A DNA stretch of 64,000 bases from Sphingopyxis sp. (GCF_035998965.1 NZ_DASYHE010000103.1:1383-65382), one strand, 5' to 3'. Counted from the first letter of the stretch, positions 29,525-39,945 are shown. Translations and numbers: made by a program. The notes: generated from the letters alone by a model not told the origin.

Positions 29525-29850
29525 TGTGTTCCTCGCGGGCCGAGCGGACGCGGCAGGTCGGTCGGATTGGCCAGTTCGGCGTTCACGCCTTCCATGATCC
29601 GGTCGAACGCATGCGCTTCATCGATTTCAACGGCCGCCGCATAGGCTTTGGCGCCATGATGGACGGCATCGACGATCGCGAGGCCAAAGAGCATCGGGTC
29701 GGCGCCGAGGGCTGCGGGATCGATGACGCACAAGACATTGCCGTTGGATTGCTTCCACATCCGCAGAAATTCCTCGCCGCCCGCCAGCGCCGGGATGCCG
29801 CTGACGTCGATCGACCCCTTATGGCCGATGCCCTTGCGCCCGAAACTCAC
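29521..29850 (-). CDS. DUF5076-like protein
   Basis: [27 protein letters not shown]. Confidence 0.7.
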   Translation of the reverse strand: MSFGRKGIGHKGSIDVSGIPALAGGEEFLRMWKQSNGNVLCVIDPAALGADPMLFGLAIVDAVHHGAKAYAAAVEIDEAHAFDRIMEGVNAELANPTDLPRPLGPRGTH

Positions 29851-30554
29851 GCCGCCTCGCGCGGACGCGTCGTGCGGAATTCGATCTTCTTGTTATACGG
29901 CGCGCCGATGATCATGCGCTTCACATAGATGCCGGGCAGGTGGATCATGTCGGGATCAAGGCTGCCGACGGGGACGATTTCCTCGACCTCGGCCACGCAG
30001 ATTTTGGCCGCGGTCGCCATCGGCGCATTGAAATTGCGCGCGGTCTTGCGGAAGATCAAATTGCCGCTCTCGTCGGCCTTCCAGCCCTTGATGATCGCGA
30101 GATCGGCAAAGATGCCGCGCTCGAGGATATAATCCTGGCCGTCGAAGCTCTTGACTTCCTTGCCCTCGGCGACCGCAGTGCCGACGCCGGTCTTGGTGTA
30201 AAAGCCCGGAATGCCCGCGCCACCGGCGCGGCAGCGTTCGGCGAGCGTGCCCTGCGGGCAGAATTCGACCTCCAGCTCGCCCGCCAGATATTGACGCTCG
30301 AATTCCTTGTTCTCACCGACGTAGGAGGAGATCATCTTCTTGACCTGACGGGTGCGAAGCAGCTTGCCGAGCCCTTCGCCGTCGATCCCGGCGTTGTTGC
30401 TGGCGATGGTCAGGCCTTTGGTCCCGGCATCGCGGATCGCGTCGATCAGCCGTTCGGGAATGCCGCACAGGCCAAAGCCCCCCGCGCAAATCTGCATGCC
30501 GTCAAAGAGCAGGCCGTCGAGAGCGGCAGCGGCGTCGGGGTAGATCTTTTTCAT
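29847..30554 (-). CDS. scoA: 3-oxoacid CoA-transferase subunit A
   Basis: [27 protein letters not shown]. Confidence 0.96.
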   Translation of the reverse strand: MKKIYPDAAAALDGLLFDGMQICAGGFGLCGIPERLIDAIRDAGTKGLTIASNNAGIDGEGLGKLLRTRQVKKMISSYVGENKEFERQYLAGELEVEFCPQGTLAERCRAGGAGIPGFYTKTGVGTAVAEGKEVKSFDGQDYILERGIFADLAIIKGWKADESGNLIFRKTARNFNAPMATAAKICVAEVEEIVPVGSLDPDMIHLPGIYVKRMIIGAPYNKKIEFRTTRPREAA

Positions 30555-31204
30555 GGGTGAGAGAGCTCCAGGTCCACAATCTGCGACAGCTCCTTAAGCG
30601 CCTGTTCGCCGCTTGTCACCTTGATGGCGTGCATACCGAGCTGCGCGGCCGGTTTGCAGTTGATGCCGAGGTCGTCGAGATAGATGCAGGCGGTTGGTTC
30701 AACCCGGAGCGCGTCGCACATCATCTGATAAATCCGCGGATCGGGCTTGCGCACGCCGACCTTGCTCGATTCGATGACATGGTCAAAGCGCGCCATGATT
30801 GCGGCGACTTCTTCGGCCTTGGCGAAGCTGCGCGTCATGCCCGCGCCGTGGCCGCTGGGCACATTGTTGGTGATGCATCCGATCGTGAAGCCCTTGGCTT
30901 TCAGCGTATCGAGCGCCGCGACCATCGCCGGGCGCACCGCACCCGCCAGCACCGCCAGCACCGCTTCGCCCTCCAGCTCATGCCCCAGCGCCCGCGCCTC
31001 TGCGGCGAACAGCATGTCGAACGTCGCGGCATCGATCTCGGCCCGCTCGAACTTCGCCCAAGCGTTGCTGTCGGGGTCGGCGGCGTTGACGCGGCGGACA
31101 AAATCGCGCGGCAAGCCGCGTTCGTCTTCCAGCCGGTTGAACGCCTCGAACGGCGACGACGTAATGACGCCGCCGAAATCGAAAATCACGGTGCTGTAAG
31201 TCAT
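30551..31204 (-). CDS. HAD-IA family hydrolase
   Basis: [21 protein letters not shown]. Confidence 0.93.
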   Translation of the reverse strand: MTYSTVIFDFGGVITSSPFEAFNRLEDERGLPRDFVRRVNAADPDSNAWAKFERAEIDAATFDMLFAAEARALGHELEGEAVLAVLAGAVRPAMVAALDTLKAKGFTIGCITNNVPSGHGAGMTRSFAKAEEVAAIMARFDHVIESSKVGVRKPDPRIYQMMCDALRVEPTACIYLDDLGINCKPAAQLGMHAIKVTSGEQALKELSQIVDLELSHP

Positions 31205-31220
31205 GAAAGAGAAGGCAACC

Positions 31221-31625
31221 TTATTTGGGGGAGGGGCTAGCGACGCGATTGCCCGACCAGCTGGCGTCGTCGATGGTGAGGTCGAGCCGATCGGGTGACC
31301 GCACCGTGTCGAGCAGGAAGACGTAGGGGCCGCTGGCGGCGAGGATGGCGTCCATCGCCTTTTCGAGCGGGATGGTGACGGTCGGGATGCGCGCATAGCC
31401 CGATTTGATCTCGACCTTGTTCGCGCCGACGCGGGTGACGGTAATCGTCACATTGTCGCGCGATGACCCGCGCGCGTCGGAAATAACGGCGCCCTTGTAG
31501 GTTCCTGCGACGCGATCGGCGAGGTCGGCCTTGCGTGCCGGGGCGGCCTTGGGCGTTTCGGCATGGGTGGCCGCAACCGGAAGCGACAGGGCGATGGTCG
31601 TGGCAATGATCAGGGTACGGAGCAT
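31221..31625 (-). CDS. Hypothetical secreted protein
   Basis: Signal peptide followed by a beta-rich domain. Confidence 0.75.
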   Translation of the reverse strand: MLRTLIIATTIALSLPVAATHAETPKAAPARKADLADRVAGTYKGAVISDARGSSRDNVTITVTRVGANKVEIKSGYARIPTVTIPLEKAMDAILAASGPYVFLLDTVRSPDRLDLTIDDASWSGNRVASPSPK

Positions 31626-31673
31626 GGATCTATCCTTTCCGGCGCGAACGGACGGGATGCTCGCTCACGACCC

Positions 31674-32777
31674 TCATGGGACGACGACGATCCCCGTTCG
31701 GGGGTCGGCCTGTCCCGAAAGCATTTCCCGATAGGCGGCGAGCGCCGCGTCGCCGCCGCTGCGCTTATCAACCGATGCCAGCCGCGGGGCAATATCCATG
31801 AAGGCCAGCCACGCCGCGGCGATCTTTTGCCCGAATACCGCGCCGCCCCAATCGGCGATGCGCTTCTGGCTGCGGCCGGGGGCAAAGAAACCCTGGCGCT
31901 CGGGGCCGGGCAATCCCTCGACATCGACCTGCGCGTCCCAATGCGATTTTCCGACGATGATCGATGCGAGCAGCTGGCCGCCGAAATGGCTGTGGACGAC
32001 GCGCGTCACCGCGCCATTGCCCGCCATGTCGACCAGCGCGGCGGGGGTGGAGGCGTTGAGCGTCATGATCTGGTCATAGCTGATCACCCGGTCGTAGATG
32101 CCCTGCGCGGCGAGTGCCTCGACGTTGGCGGCGCTGGTCAGGCCAATCGTTTCGGGGCGATCCGCGCGCTGTTTGAGCGCAAAGCCCAGCCCGATCGCGG
32201 TCTTGCTCGACGCGCTGGCGATCAGAATTTGCTGGACGCCATAATCGCCCTCATCCTCGAACTGGTCGGCAATCAGCCAGCCGGTCAGGAACAGCGGGCG
32301 GAAGACCGGCCAATAATCATGGTCGGCGGCGCGATAGTCGGGCAGCGCCTCGATCCGCTGATATTGGTTGTAGATCGGGGGTAGGGTGGTGCGGCGCGGG
32401 GTGATGTCGGTGAAGCCCCCCGGCCCGGCCTTGCCGACGGTCAGCACGGCCTCGCTCGCCATCGGATAATAGCCATAGAAACGTTCGCCGACCGCGATGC
32501 CGTCGGCGGCGCTTTCGGTCACGGTGGCGAAACCCCAGACGGGCAGGCGTCCCGGCGCACCCGGCTCCGAAAAGAAATCCCAATAGCCCTGATCATTGCC
32601 GAACAGCCCGGCGGGCTTGCCGAACACGGCATAGGTGATGTTGTTCGCGGTCATCGCATAGCTGTCGATATGGACGCGCACCTGTCCCGCGGCCAGGGGC
32701 GTGTCGGGGTCGGCGACCAGTTTCGTTTGCGTGATATCGTCGCGATCGATGTTGATCGCCCAGCTTGTGTTACTCAA
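31674..32777 (-). CDS. DUF2855 family protein
   Basis: TANNITYA, PVWGFA, LFLTGWL, SASSKTA. Confidence 0.85.
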   Translation of the reverse strand: MSNTSWAINIDRDDITQTKLVADPDTPLAAGQVRVHIDSYAMTANNITYAVFGKPAGLFGNDQGYWDFFSEPGAPGRLPVWGFATVTESAADGIAVGERFYGYYPMASEAVLTVGKAGPGGFTDITPRRTTLPPIYNQYQRIEALPDYRAADHDYWPVFRPLFLTGWLIADQFEDEGDYGVQQILIASASSKTAIGLGFALKQRADRPETIGLTSAANVEALAAQGIYDRVISYDQIMTLNASTPAALVDMAGNGAVTRVVHSHFGGQLLASIIVGKSHWDAQVDVEGLPGPERQGFFAPGRSQKRIADWGGAVFGQKIAAAWLAFMDIAPRLASVDKRSGGDAALAAYREMLSGQADPRTGIVVVP

Positions 32778-32871
32778 TGTCCGGACCCCTCCGATTGTCG
32801 TGCCGCTGTCGCGGAATGGTCCCTACACATACAGATGCAGCCCGCGCTGACAATCGCATAGGGCGCGCTAT

Positions 32872-33561
32872 TCAGCCGACCGTCGTCCCGAACAGCGATC
32901 CGATCGCCATCGTCACCCCCATCGCGACGGCACCCCAAAAGCTGACGCGCAGGACGGCGCGCGCGATCGGTGCCTTGCCCGCCCAGGCGCCAAGCGCGCC
33001 CAGGACGGCGAGGAACAGCAGCGAGGCCGCGGACACGATCCACGGCAGCGATGGTCCTGTGATCAGCAGCACGATCGCCAGCGGCAGGGCGGCCCCGACA
33101 GTAAAGCTCGCCGCCGACGCGGCGGCTGCCTGAATCGGACGTGCCGCCAGCTCGCTGGTCAGACCCAGTTCGTCGCGCAAATGGCTGTCGAGCGCATTAT
33201 GTGCGGTGAGCTGCACCGCGACCTGTTCGGCAAGCGGACGATCGAGGCCGCGCTGCTGATAGATTTGCGTCAGTTCTTCGAGCTCCAGGTCGGGAACGGT
33301 GGCAAGCTCGCGCTTCTCCTTGGCGATATCGGCCTTTTCGGCGTCGCCCTGCGAACTGACCGAAACATATTCGCCCGCCGCCATCGACATCGCGCCCGCG
33401 ACGAGTCCCGCGGTGCCGGTGACGAGGATCGTCGATGCGGACGCCCCCGCCGCGGCGACCCCGGCGATCAGGCTGGCGGTGGACACGATCCCGTCGTTGG
33501 CGCCAAGGATCGCGGCGCGCAGCCAGCCGATGCGGCTGGCGGCATGGGTTTCGCGGTGCAT
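32872..33561 (-). CDS. VIT1/CCC1 family Fe/Mn transporter
   Basis: LGANDGIVS, MAAGEYVSVSSQ. Confidence 0.95.
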   Translation of the reverse strand: MHRETHAASRIGWLRAAILGANDGIVSTASLIAGVAAAGASASTILVTGTAGLVAGAMSMAAGEYVSVSSQGDAEKADIAKEKRELATVPDLELEELTQIYQQRGLDRPLAEQVAVQLTAHNALDSHLRDELGLTSELAARPIQAAAASAASFTVGAALPLAIVLLITGPSLPWIVSAASLLFLAVLGALGAWAGKAPIARAVLRVSFWGAVAMGVTMAIGSLFGTTVG

Positions 33562-33584
33562 GGACGGTCTCCTACCAGAAACGC

Positions 33585-33977
33585 CTACCAGAAACGAACA
33601 ACGCCGAACTGATCAAACAAGGTTTCGTTGGAGATCAGAGCCAATCCCTCGATTTGCGCTTGTGCGATCAGCATCCGGTCGAACGGATCGCGGTGCGGGA
33701 TCGGCAGGGTGCCGGCGAGTCGGGCGTGGTCGGCCGTCAGCGGCAAGGGTTCGAGATTGTCCTTGGCGATTTCGTCCGAGAATTCGAGCGCATGGGCTCG
33801 CGCAAAATCGAGTTTTCCAACGCGGTGTTTCTGCGCGATTTCAAAAGCCGAGATGGCCGAGGCATAGATCGGTGCGTCGCGACTTTGCAGCAGGTCTCGT
33901 ACGCGAGACGGCAACACGTCCGGCGCATAGGTTGCCCACAACAAGCTGTGGGTGTCGAGCAAATAGCCTTCGCTCAC
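33585..33977 (-). CDS. vapC: PIN-domain (VapC) toxin
   Basis: LLDTHSLLW, SAFEI, HRDPFDRMLIAQA. Confidence 0.93.
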   Translation of the reverse strand: MSEGYLLDTHSLLWATYAPDVLPSRVRDLLQSRDAPIYASAISAFEIAQKHRVGKLDFARAHALEFSDEIAKDNLEPLPLTADHARLAGTLPIPHRDPFDRMLIAQAQIEGLALISNETLFDQFGVVRFW

Positions 33978-34252
33978 AGCTTGTCGTTGGGATCATCGGC
34001 GTCGCAATTCCACAACGCCAGGTCTTCTTCGGGCAACGGATCCCAAAAGCCGTCTTCCAAGGGATCCTTGCCGGGCGGAATCAGGTGCGCGAGGCGGCCG
34101 AGTTGCCGCTTTGGTTTGACCACATCCTTCACCGGCGTCAGCTTGACCACCGGTTCCTTGCCGCGCGCGATCGTCACCTCTTCGCCTGCGAGGACGCGGG
34201 CGATCAGGCGCGACAGATTGGTCTTCGCTTCGTGGATGGTCACGATCGTCAT
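33974..34252 (-). CDS. Phd/YefM family antitoxin
   Basis: TIHEAKTNLSRLI...GEEVTI; the stop overlaps the vapC start. Confidence 0.93.
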   Translation of the reverse strand: MTIVTIHEAKTNLSRLIARVLAGEEVTIARGKEPVVKLTPVKDVVKPKRQLGRLAHLIPPGKDPLEDGFWDPLPEEDLALWNCDADDPNDKL

Positions 34253-34260
34253 ATTGGCTA

Positions 34261-34285
34261 ACTTAGCTAAGACGCTTAGCTAAGT
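34261..34285. promoter_or_regulatory. Tandem palindromic operator of the phd-vapC module
   Basis: CTTAGCTAAG twice (34262, 34275), together forming ACTTAGCTAAG-ACG-CTTAGCTAAGT. Confidence 0.8.
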
Positions 34286-34316
34286 CAATGCGCTGGTGAC
34301 GGACGGGCGAAAGCGA

Positions 34317-34781
34317 TCAGCGAGCGCGCTCCGACTTTAGCCCTGCTGCTGCGATCCCGGCGGCGGCGCAAGCGGCATCGTCAGCAGGCGCTTCGCCCGA
34401 CGTCCCGACGCCGCCGAGTCGGGTGCGTCCGTCGGCACCGAAAACCGGGACGCCGCCCGCTACCGTGACCACATCGGGGGCATCGGCGAAGCCGGGTGCG
34501 GCTTTGGCCGCTTCTTCCATCCCGCTCGTCGGAAATCCCCACGCTGCGACGGCGCGCGCTTTTTCCAGCGCGAACGCCATCATCCCATGTGTGTTGCCGT
34601 TCATCCGCCATGTCGCAACAATATGGCCGCCGCTATCGACGACGGCGATCGCGTGGCTTTGTCCTTTGGCGCGTGCGTGCTCGGCGCAGCCCTTGACGAT
34701 TGCGTCCGCCATATTTGCGTCGAGTATCTGCGCGCTCGCGGGCGTCGCCGCGAGCAGTGCCGCGGTCCACAATATCTTCAT
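34317..34781 (-). CDS. GlcG/HbpS family heme-binding protein with signal peptide
   Basis: IAVVDSGG, A..KA, GGVP, GVGTSG....D. Confidence 0.88.
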   Translation of the reverse strand: MKILWTAALLAATPASAQILDANMADAIVKGCAEHARAKGQSHAIAVVDSGGHIVATWRMNGNTHGMMAFALEKARAVAAWGFPTSGMEEAAKAAPGFADAPDVVTVAGGVPVFGADGRTRLGGVGTSGEAPADDAACAAAGIAAAGLKSERAR

Positions 34782-34807
34782 CCTCGCCTCCCTATCGAGG
34801 CGCGGGG

Positions 34808-35728
34808 TCAGTACTGCAGTTGCAGCCCCGGTCTGGCCCAGCGCGTCTTTACCAGCCGACCCGTCCCCGACAGGGTGATATAGGCATCCTGCCGGTCAGG
34901 TCCGCCGAAAGCGATGTTGGTGGTAAAGATATCGTCGGTCGCGACAAATTCGACCAGCTGTCCATCGGGACCGACGACCGAAATGCCGCATTCGCCGATT
35001 GTCGCAATGCAGATATTGCCCGATGCCTCGACCGCGAGGCTGTCGAAGAATTTATAGCCCGCCGGGCGATAGAGCGGGATGCCGGGGCCGCCGGGGCCGG
35101 CGTCGGGCGCGACCTTGCCGGGGGCAGTGATGTTGAACTTCATCAGGCGGCAGGTGTAGGTTTCGGCGGCATAGAGCGCGTCGCCATCGGGTGACAGGCC
35201 GACGCCATTGGGGTTGTTCGAGGGGAAGATGACTTCCTCGATATAACTGCCGTCGGCCTTGGCGTAGAAGATACCGACGATGTCGTGGCAGCGTTTGGCG
35301 TAATCGACCTTGCCATGATCGGTGAACCAGAAGCCGCCATGGCCGTCGAACACGATGTCGTTGGGGCCGCGCAGCACGACGCCATGATCGCCCGATTTGT
35401 AGAGGATTTCGACCGCACCGGTATCGACGTCGATCCGCTCGATCCGCCCGCCCGAATAATCGTCGGCGATGCCATGCGGGGTCAGATAGCCATTCGATTC
35501 GACATAGTTGAAGCCGCCGTTGTTGCAGCAATATAGCTTGCCATCGGGGCCGATCGCGAGGCCGTTGGGGCCACCGCCGGGGGTCGCGATCACCTCTTTC
35601 CGGCCGCCGGGCCAGCAGCGCGTGATCCGCCCCGCCTCGATCTCGACGACGATGACGCTGCCGTCGTCCATAACGACCGGCGCTTCGGGAAAGCGCAATC
35701 CATCGGCGATCAGTTCAAACTTGGCCAT
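34808..35728 (-). CDS. SMP-30/gluconolactonase/LRE family protein
   Basis: FPEAP, GGPNG, GPND, NPNG, DSLAV. Confidence 0.92.
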   Translation of the reverse strand: MAKFELIADGLRFPEAPVVMDDGSVIVVEIEAGRITRCWPGGRKEVIATPGGGPNGLAIGPDGKLYCCNNGGFNYVESNGYLTPHGIADDYSGGRIERIDVDTGAVEILYKSGDHGVVLRGPNDIVFDGHGGFWFTDHGKVDYAKRCHDIVGIFYAKADGSYIEEVIFPSNNPNGVGLSPDGDALYAAETYTCRLMKFNITAPGKVAPDAGPGGPGIPLYRPAGYKFFDSLAVEASGNICIATIGECGISVVGPDGQLVEFVATDDIFTTNIAFGGPDRQDAYITLSGTGRLVKTRWARPGLQLQY

Positions 35729-35774
35729 CCTCGTCTCCCTTGCGCGTCTGCACTTGCTGTGCTTTGCGGCCATC

Positions 35775-36374
35775 ATGCCCGTTCGTTCGCTGTTCGCCAG
35801 TCTTTTCTATGAAGCCGATATCGGCACCCCCGACCTGCTTGCCGAGCTGGAGGACAGCAGCCGGTTGTTTGCCGAGGAGGACGGCGCGGGGCGTGCGTGG
35901 AGCCGCGCGCATGGCTATAAGGGCTATACCAGCTACGCCAGCCTGAACGACCTGCCCGAGCGCGACCCGGCGTTTCAGGATCTGAAACGCCTGCTCGACA
36001 AGGAAGTGAAGGCGTTTGCCAAGGCGGCGCATTTCGACCTCGCCAAACCGCTCAAGCTCGACAGTATGTGGGTCAATGTCCTGAAACCGGGCGGCACGCA
36101 CAGCGGCCACATCCACCCGCACAGCATCGTGTCGGGCACCTTCTATGTCGCGGTTCCGCCCGGATCGGGAGCGCTGAAACTGGAAGACCCGCGCCTCGCG
36201 ATGCTGATGGCGGCGCCGGGGCGCAGCGACGATGCGCCCGAACATCTGCTGCCCTTCGTTTATGCCGAGCCCGCGGCGGGGCGGGTGTTCCTGTGGGAAA
36301 GCTGGCTGCGTCATGAAGTGATGCCGCACAGCGGCAAGGGCGAACGGATCAGCATCAGCTTTAACTATCGCTGA
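35775..36374 (+). CDS. TIGR02466-like 2OG-Fe(II) oxygenase-fold protein
   Basis: HIHPHSIVSGTFY, LWESWLRHEV, RISISFN. Confidence 0.85.
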   Translation: MPVRSLFASLFYEADIGTPDLLAELEDSSRLFAEEDGAGRAWSRAHGYKGYTSYASLNDLPERDPAFQDLKRLLDKEVKAFAKAAHFDLAKPLKLDSMWVNVLKPGGTHSGHIHPHSIVSGTFYVAVPPGSGALKLEDPRLAMLMAAPGRSDDAPEHLLPFVYAEPAAGRVFLWESWLRHEVMPHSGKGERISISFNYR

Positions 36375-36414
36375 GCGCGACTATATGAGCCACATCTGAC
36401 CAATTCTCCCCCTT

Positions 36415-36488
36415 CCGTTCGTGTCGAGCGAAGTCGAGACACGCCAGCGCAGCGCGAGATGCATCTCGACTTCGCTCGATGCGAACGG
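36415..36488. repeat. Palindromic repeat family C
   Basis: CCGTTCGTGTCGAGCGAAGTCGAGAC ... TCTCGACTTCGCTCGATGCGAACGG. Confidence 0.9.
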
Positions 36489-36506
36489 AACAGATAGGAA
36501 ATGCAT

Positions 36507-37940
36507 ATGACCGCCACCTACGACGCCGACCTTCAGCTTTTCATCAACGGCGCCTGGCGGAGCGGCGAGGGGCGCGACGAGCGGCCGGTGTATAATCCCG
36601 CTACCGCGGGTACGATCGCCGAACTGCCCGTCGCCACCATCGCCGATCTCGACGAGGCGCTCGCCGCGGCGGAGCGCGGTTGGCCGGTGTGGCGTGCCAA
36701 GAGCTTCGATGAGCGCGCCGCGCTGATGCACAAGGCCGCGGCGATCATCCGCGAACGGGTCGATCATGTCGCGACGCTGCTGACGCTCGAACAGGGAAAG
36801 CCGATCGCCGAGGCGCGCGGCGAAGTGCTGTCGGCGGCGGGGCTGTTCGACTATTTCGCCGAACAGGGCAAACGCATCGAAGGCCGGGTGCTCCAGCGGC
36901 CCGCGGGGCAGCGCACGATGGTGCTGCGCCAGCCGGTCGGCCCGGTCGCGGGGTTCAGCCCGTGGAACTTCCCGGTCAATCTGATGGTCAAGAAAATCGC
37001 CCCGGCGCTCGCCGCGGGCTGCGTCGTGATCGCCAAGGCGCCCGAGGAAACCCCCGGCTGCACCAGCGCGATCATGCGCTGCATCGCCGACGCGGGTATC
37101 CCCGGCAACGTGGTTCAGCTTGTTTACGGCGACCCTGACAGGATCAGCCGCCACCTGCTCGCCAGCCCGGTGATCCGCAAGGTCAGCTTCACCGGATCGA
37201 CCGCGGTCGGCAAACATCTGATGAAGCTCGCGGCCGATCGGGTGCAGCGGATCACGATGGAGCTCGGCGGCCATGCCCCGGTGCTGATTTTCGACGATTG
37301 TGATTTAGAGGCGACGCTCGACAAGGTGGTGACGCAGAAATTCCGTAACGCCGGGCAGGTGTGCATTTCGCCGACCCGCTTTTATGTCCAGCAGGGCATT
37401 TACGACGCCTTTTTAAAGGGCTTCGCCGAACGGACGGCGAAGGTGAAGATCGGCAGCGGTCTCGACGGCGACACCCAAATGGGTCCGCTCGCCAACGCGC
37501 GTCGCATCCCGGCCTTGGAAGCACTGGTTGCCGACGCGCAGGCCAAAGGCGCGCGGGTGATCGCGGGCGGCGCGGCGACGGGCGAGGGGTATTTTTTCCA
37601 GCCGACCGCAATCGCCGACGTGCCGCTCGATGCCGATGCGATGAACCACGAGCCGTTCGGCCCGATGGCGCTGATCCGCCCGTTCGGCAGCGAGGACGAG
37701 GCGCTGGAACAGGCAAACCGGCTACCCTATGGGCTGGCCGCGTTTGCGTTCACCGAAAACGGCCGCCGTATCAACCGCATCGCCGACACGATCGAAAGCG
37801 GTATGGTCGGGATCAACGGCTTCGTCATCTCGACCCTCGACACGCCGTTCGGCGGGATCAAGGAATCGGGGTTTGGCAGCGAAAGCGGGCCGGAGGGGCT
37901 GGACGGGTATCTGGTGACCAAGGCGGTGCATATTTATTGA
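36507..37940 (+). CDS. NAD-dependent succinate-semialdehyde dehydrogenase family ALDH
   Basis: PWNFP, FTGST, MELGGHAP, AGQVC, EPFGP. Confidence 0.93.
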   Translation: MTATYDADLQLFINGAWRSGEGRDERPVYNPATAGTIAELPVATIADLDEALAAAERGWPVWRAKSFDERAALMHKAAAIIRERVDHVATLLTLEQGKPIAEARGEVLSAAGLFDYFAEQGKRIEGRVLQRPAGQRTMVLRQPVGPVAGFSPWNFPVNLMVKKIAPALAAGCVVIAKAPEETPGCTSAIMRCIADAGIPGNVVQLVYGDPDRISRHLLASPVIRKVSFTGSTAVGKHLMKLAADRVQRITMELGGHAPVLIFDDCDLEATLDKVVTQKFRNAGQVCISPTRFYVQQGIYDAFLKGFAERTAKVKIGSGLDGDTQMGPLANARRIPALEALVADAQAKGARVIAGGAATGEGYFFQPTAIADVPLDADAMNHEPFGPMALIRPFGSEDEALEQANRLPYGLAAFAFTENGRRINRIADTIESGMVGINGFVISTLDTPFGGIKESGFGSESGPEGLDGYLVTKAVHIY

Positions 37941-37947
37941 TGGTGAT

Positions 37948-38083
37948 AATCCTCCCTGTCGCGAAGCGATGGGGAGGTGGCAGCGCGAAGCGCTGACGGA
38001 GGGGCCATGGCGCACCGTCGGCGCCCCTCCACCATCGCCTGCGGCGACGGTCCCCTCCCCATCGCTTCGCGACAGGGAGGATT
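37948..38083. repeat. Family A repeat
   Basis: AATCCTCCCTGTCGCGAAGCGATGGGGAGG ... CCTCCCCATCGCTTCGCGACAGGGAGGATT. Confidence 0.92.
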
Positions 38084-38088
38084 GTTTC

Positions 38089-38850
38089 TCAATCCCGCTC
38101 CAACGCCACAAAATCGCGCCCCATCGGCGCCAGATGCGCGCCGCCGTCGACGAAGATCGTCTGCCCGGTCACCGCCTCAGCCCGCGCCAGATACATCACC
38201 GCATCGGCGATCTGGGCGGGGGTCGGCAAGGCACCCAGCGGCATCCGCCCCGCGAGCCGCTCGACCTGCGCCGCCGTATAATCCTCCGTAGCCAGCGTCA
38301 GCCCAGGCGCGACGGCGTTGACGCGGGCGCGGCTTCCGAACGCGACCGCCAGCGTCGCGGTCGCCTGCCACAGCGCCGATTTCGACAGGCTGTAGGCGAG
38401 CTGGTCGGGGACCGGCTGCGCGACGCGCTGGTCGACGATATTGACGATCGCGGGACGCTGGCCTTCGCTTGCGGCGACAAGTGCCTTTGCCAGCATCACC
38501 GGCGCAGATAAATTGACCTGCATCATCGCTGCGAGCGACGCCGCCGACAGATCGGCCCACTCGCCCTCTGCGAACAGCGCGGCATTGTTCACGAGCAGGT
38601 CGGGCGCGCGGCCGAACTTGTCGATCACCGCGGGGATCAGCGCATCGACCGCAGCGGGATCGGACAGGTCGGCGGCGAAGCGGTGGCTGATCGCGCCGGT
38701 CTCGGCCAGCGCGTCGGCGAGCACCGGATCGGCATCGCCCGGGCTGCGCTTGTGGATCGCCAGCGCATAGCCTTCGCGCGCCAGCCGAGCCGAAATCGCG
38801 GCGCCCACGCGGTGGAGGCCACCCGTCACCAGCGCCAGCTTTTGGGTCAC
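38089..38850 (-). CDS. SDR oxidoreductase, pteridine reductase-like
   Basis: TGGLHRVG, NNAA, DQRV, YSLSK; coupled to folB. Confidence 0.85.
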   Translation of the reverse strand: MTQKLALVTGGLHRVGAAISARLAREGYALAIHKRSPGDADPVLADALAETGAISHRFAADLSDPAAVDALIPAVIDKFGRAPDLLVNNAALFAEGEWADLSAASLAAMMQVNLSAPVMLAKALVAASEGQRPAIVNIVDQRVAQPVPDQLAYSLSKSALWQATATLAVAFGSRARVNAVAPGLTLATEDYTAAQVERLAGRMPLGALPTPAQIADAVMYLARAEAVTGQTIFVDGGAHLAPMGRDFVALERD

Positions 38851-39218
38851 TTGCGCGCCCGCCGCATCGTGATGCCAATCTCTTCGCCGTCCTCGGCGAT
38901 CGCCAGCTTGACGATCTTCACCTCGACCTCCTCGACCTTGTCGTCCTGCAGAAAGAGGGTGTCGATGATATGGTCGGCGACGCTTTCGATCAGCACGAAA
39001 TGCGTGTCTTTCGGAATGCCCTCGGTCGCCGCGAATTTCAGGTGCATGTAGTTTTTGGAGGCGCTGAGCGGCGTCGTCGGATCATAATGATCGGCCATGC
39101 TCAGCCGCGCGCGCACCCCAATGCGCAGCGGCTGCGGCAAGTGGGTTTCTTCGGAATAAATGCCGGTCAGCACCTGGGCGATCAGCCCGTCCACCTCCAG
39201 CCACAATGTATCGGTCAC
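38847..39218 (-). CDS. folB: Dihydroneopterin aldolase
   Basis: GIYSEE..LPQPL, NY, LIESVAD, VKIVKL. The GTG start at 39218 is inferred inside a longer called ORF. Confidence 0.8.
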   Translation of the reverse strand: MTDTLWLEVDGLIAQVLTGIYSEETHLPQPLRIGVRARLSMADHYDPTTPLSASKNYMHLKFAATEGIPKDTHFVLIESVADHIIDTLFLQDDKVEEVEVKIVKLAIAEDGEEIGITMRRARK

Positions 39219-39307
39219 AAGAAATCCTGTCGAACGCGCGCGACATTCGGCTTTGCATCGCCGCGCCGCACCCCTAAAGCGCCGCCGCATTAGCGAAAGG
39301 GCGCGCG

Positions 39308-39811
39308 TTGGTCGAGTTACTTCCATTGTCGGACATCGAACCGCAGGCGGTCGAGGAACTGCTCGACGCCGCTTTCGGGGCCGATCGCTTTGGACGAACC
39401 GCCTACCGCATCCGCGCTGGCGCGGCGGCGGTCCCGGCGCTGAGCTTTGCGCTCGTTGAGGACGGTGCGCTGGTCGGCACCATCCAGTGCTGGCCGGTCG
39501 CGCATTGCGCCGCCGACGGCACGGCCACGCCGCTGGTGATGGTCGGCCCGGTCGCAGTGCGACCCGATCTTCAGCGCGGCGGGCATGGCCGCGTGCTGAT
39601 GACGCACATGCTCGCGGCGGCAGAAGACGGGGCCGATGGCGCGCTGATGATGATCGGCGATCCGGAATACTACGGGCGCTTCTTCGGCTTCGATGCCGAT
39701 GCGACGGCGGCGTGGAATCTGCCGGGACCGTTTGAGCAGCGGCGCCTGCTGGCGCGCGCGGTGAACGGGCATGGGTTGCCGACCGGCGCGGGGATGATCG
39801 GGCCGAGATAG
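39308..39811 (+). CDS. GNAT family N-acetyltransferase
   Basis: GPVAVRPDLQRGGHG, GDPEYYGRFFGF. Confidence 0.9.
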   Translation: MVELLPLSDIEPQAVEELLDAAFGADRFGRTAYRIRAGAAAVPALSFALVEDGALVGTIQCWPVAHCAADGTATPLVMVGPVAVRPDLQRGGHGRVLMTHMLAAAEDGADGALMMIGDPEYYGRFFGFDADATAAWNLPGPFEQRRLLARAVNGHGLPTGAGMIGPR

Positions 39812-39820
39812 TTACACGAT

Positions 39821-39898
39821 CGTCATCCCGGCGAAAGCCGGGATCTCGCCGTCTCAGCCTGACGCAGCGGCGAGACCCCGGCCTTCGCCGGGGTGACG
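39821..39898. repeat. CGTC-type REP doublet (family B)
   Basis: CGTCATCCCGGCGAAAGCCGGGATC ... GACCCCGGCCTTCGCCGGGGTGACG. Confidence 0.9.
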
Positions 39899-39945
39899 GC
39901 TCAGTTTGGTGGGGCAGTGGGGTTGCACCGACCGCCCCGCCCCTT

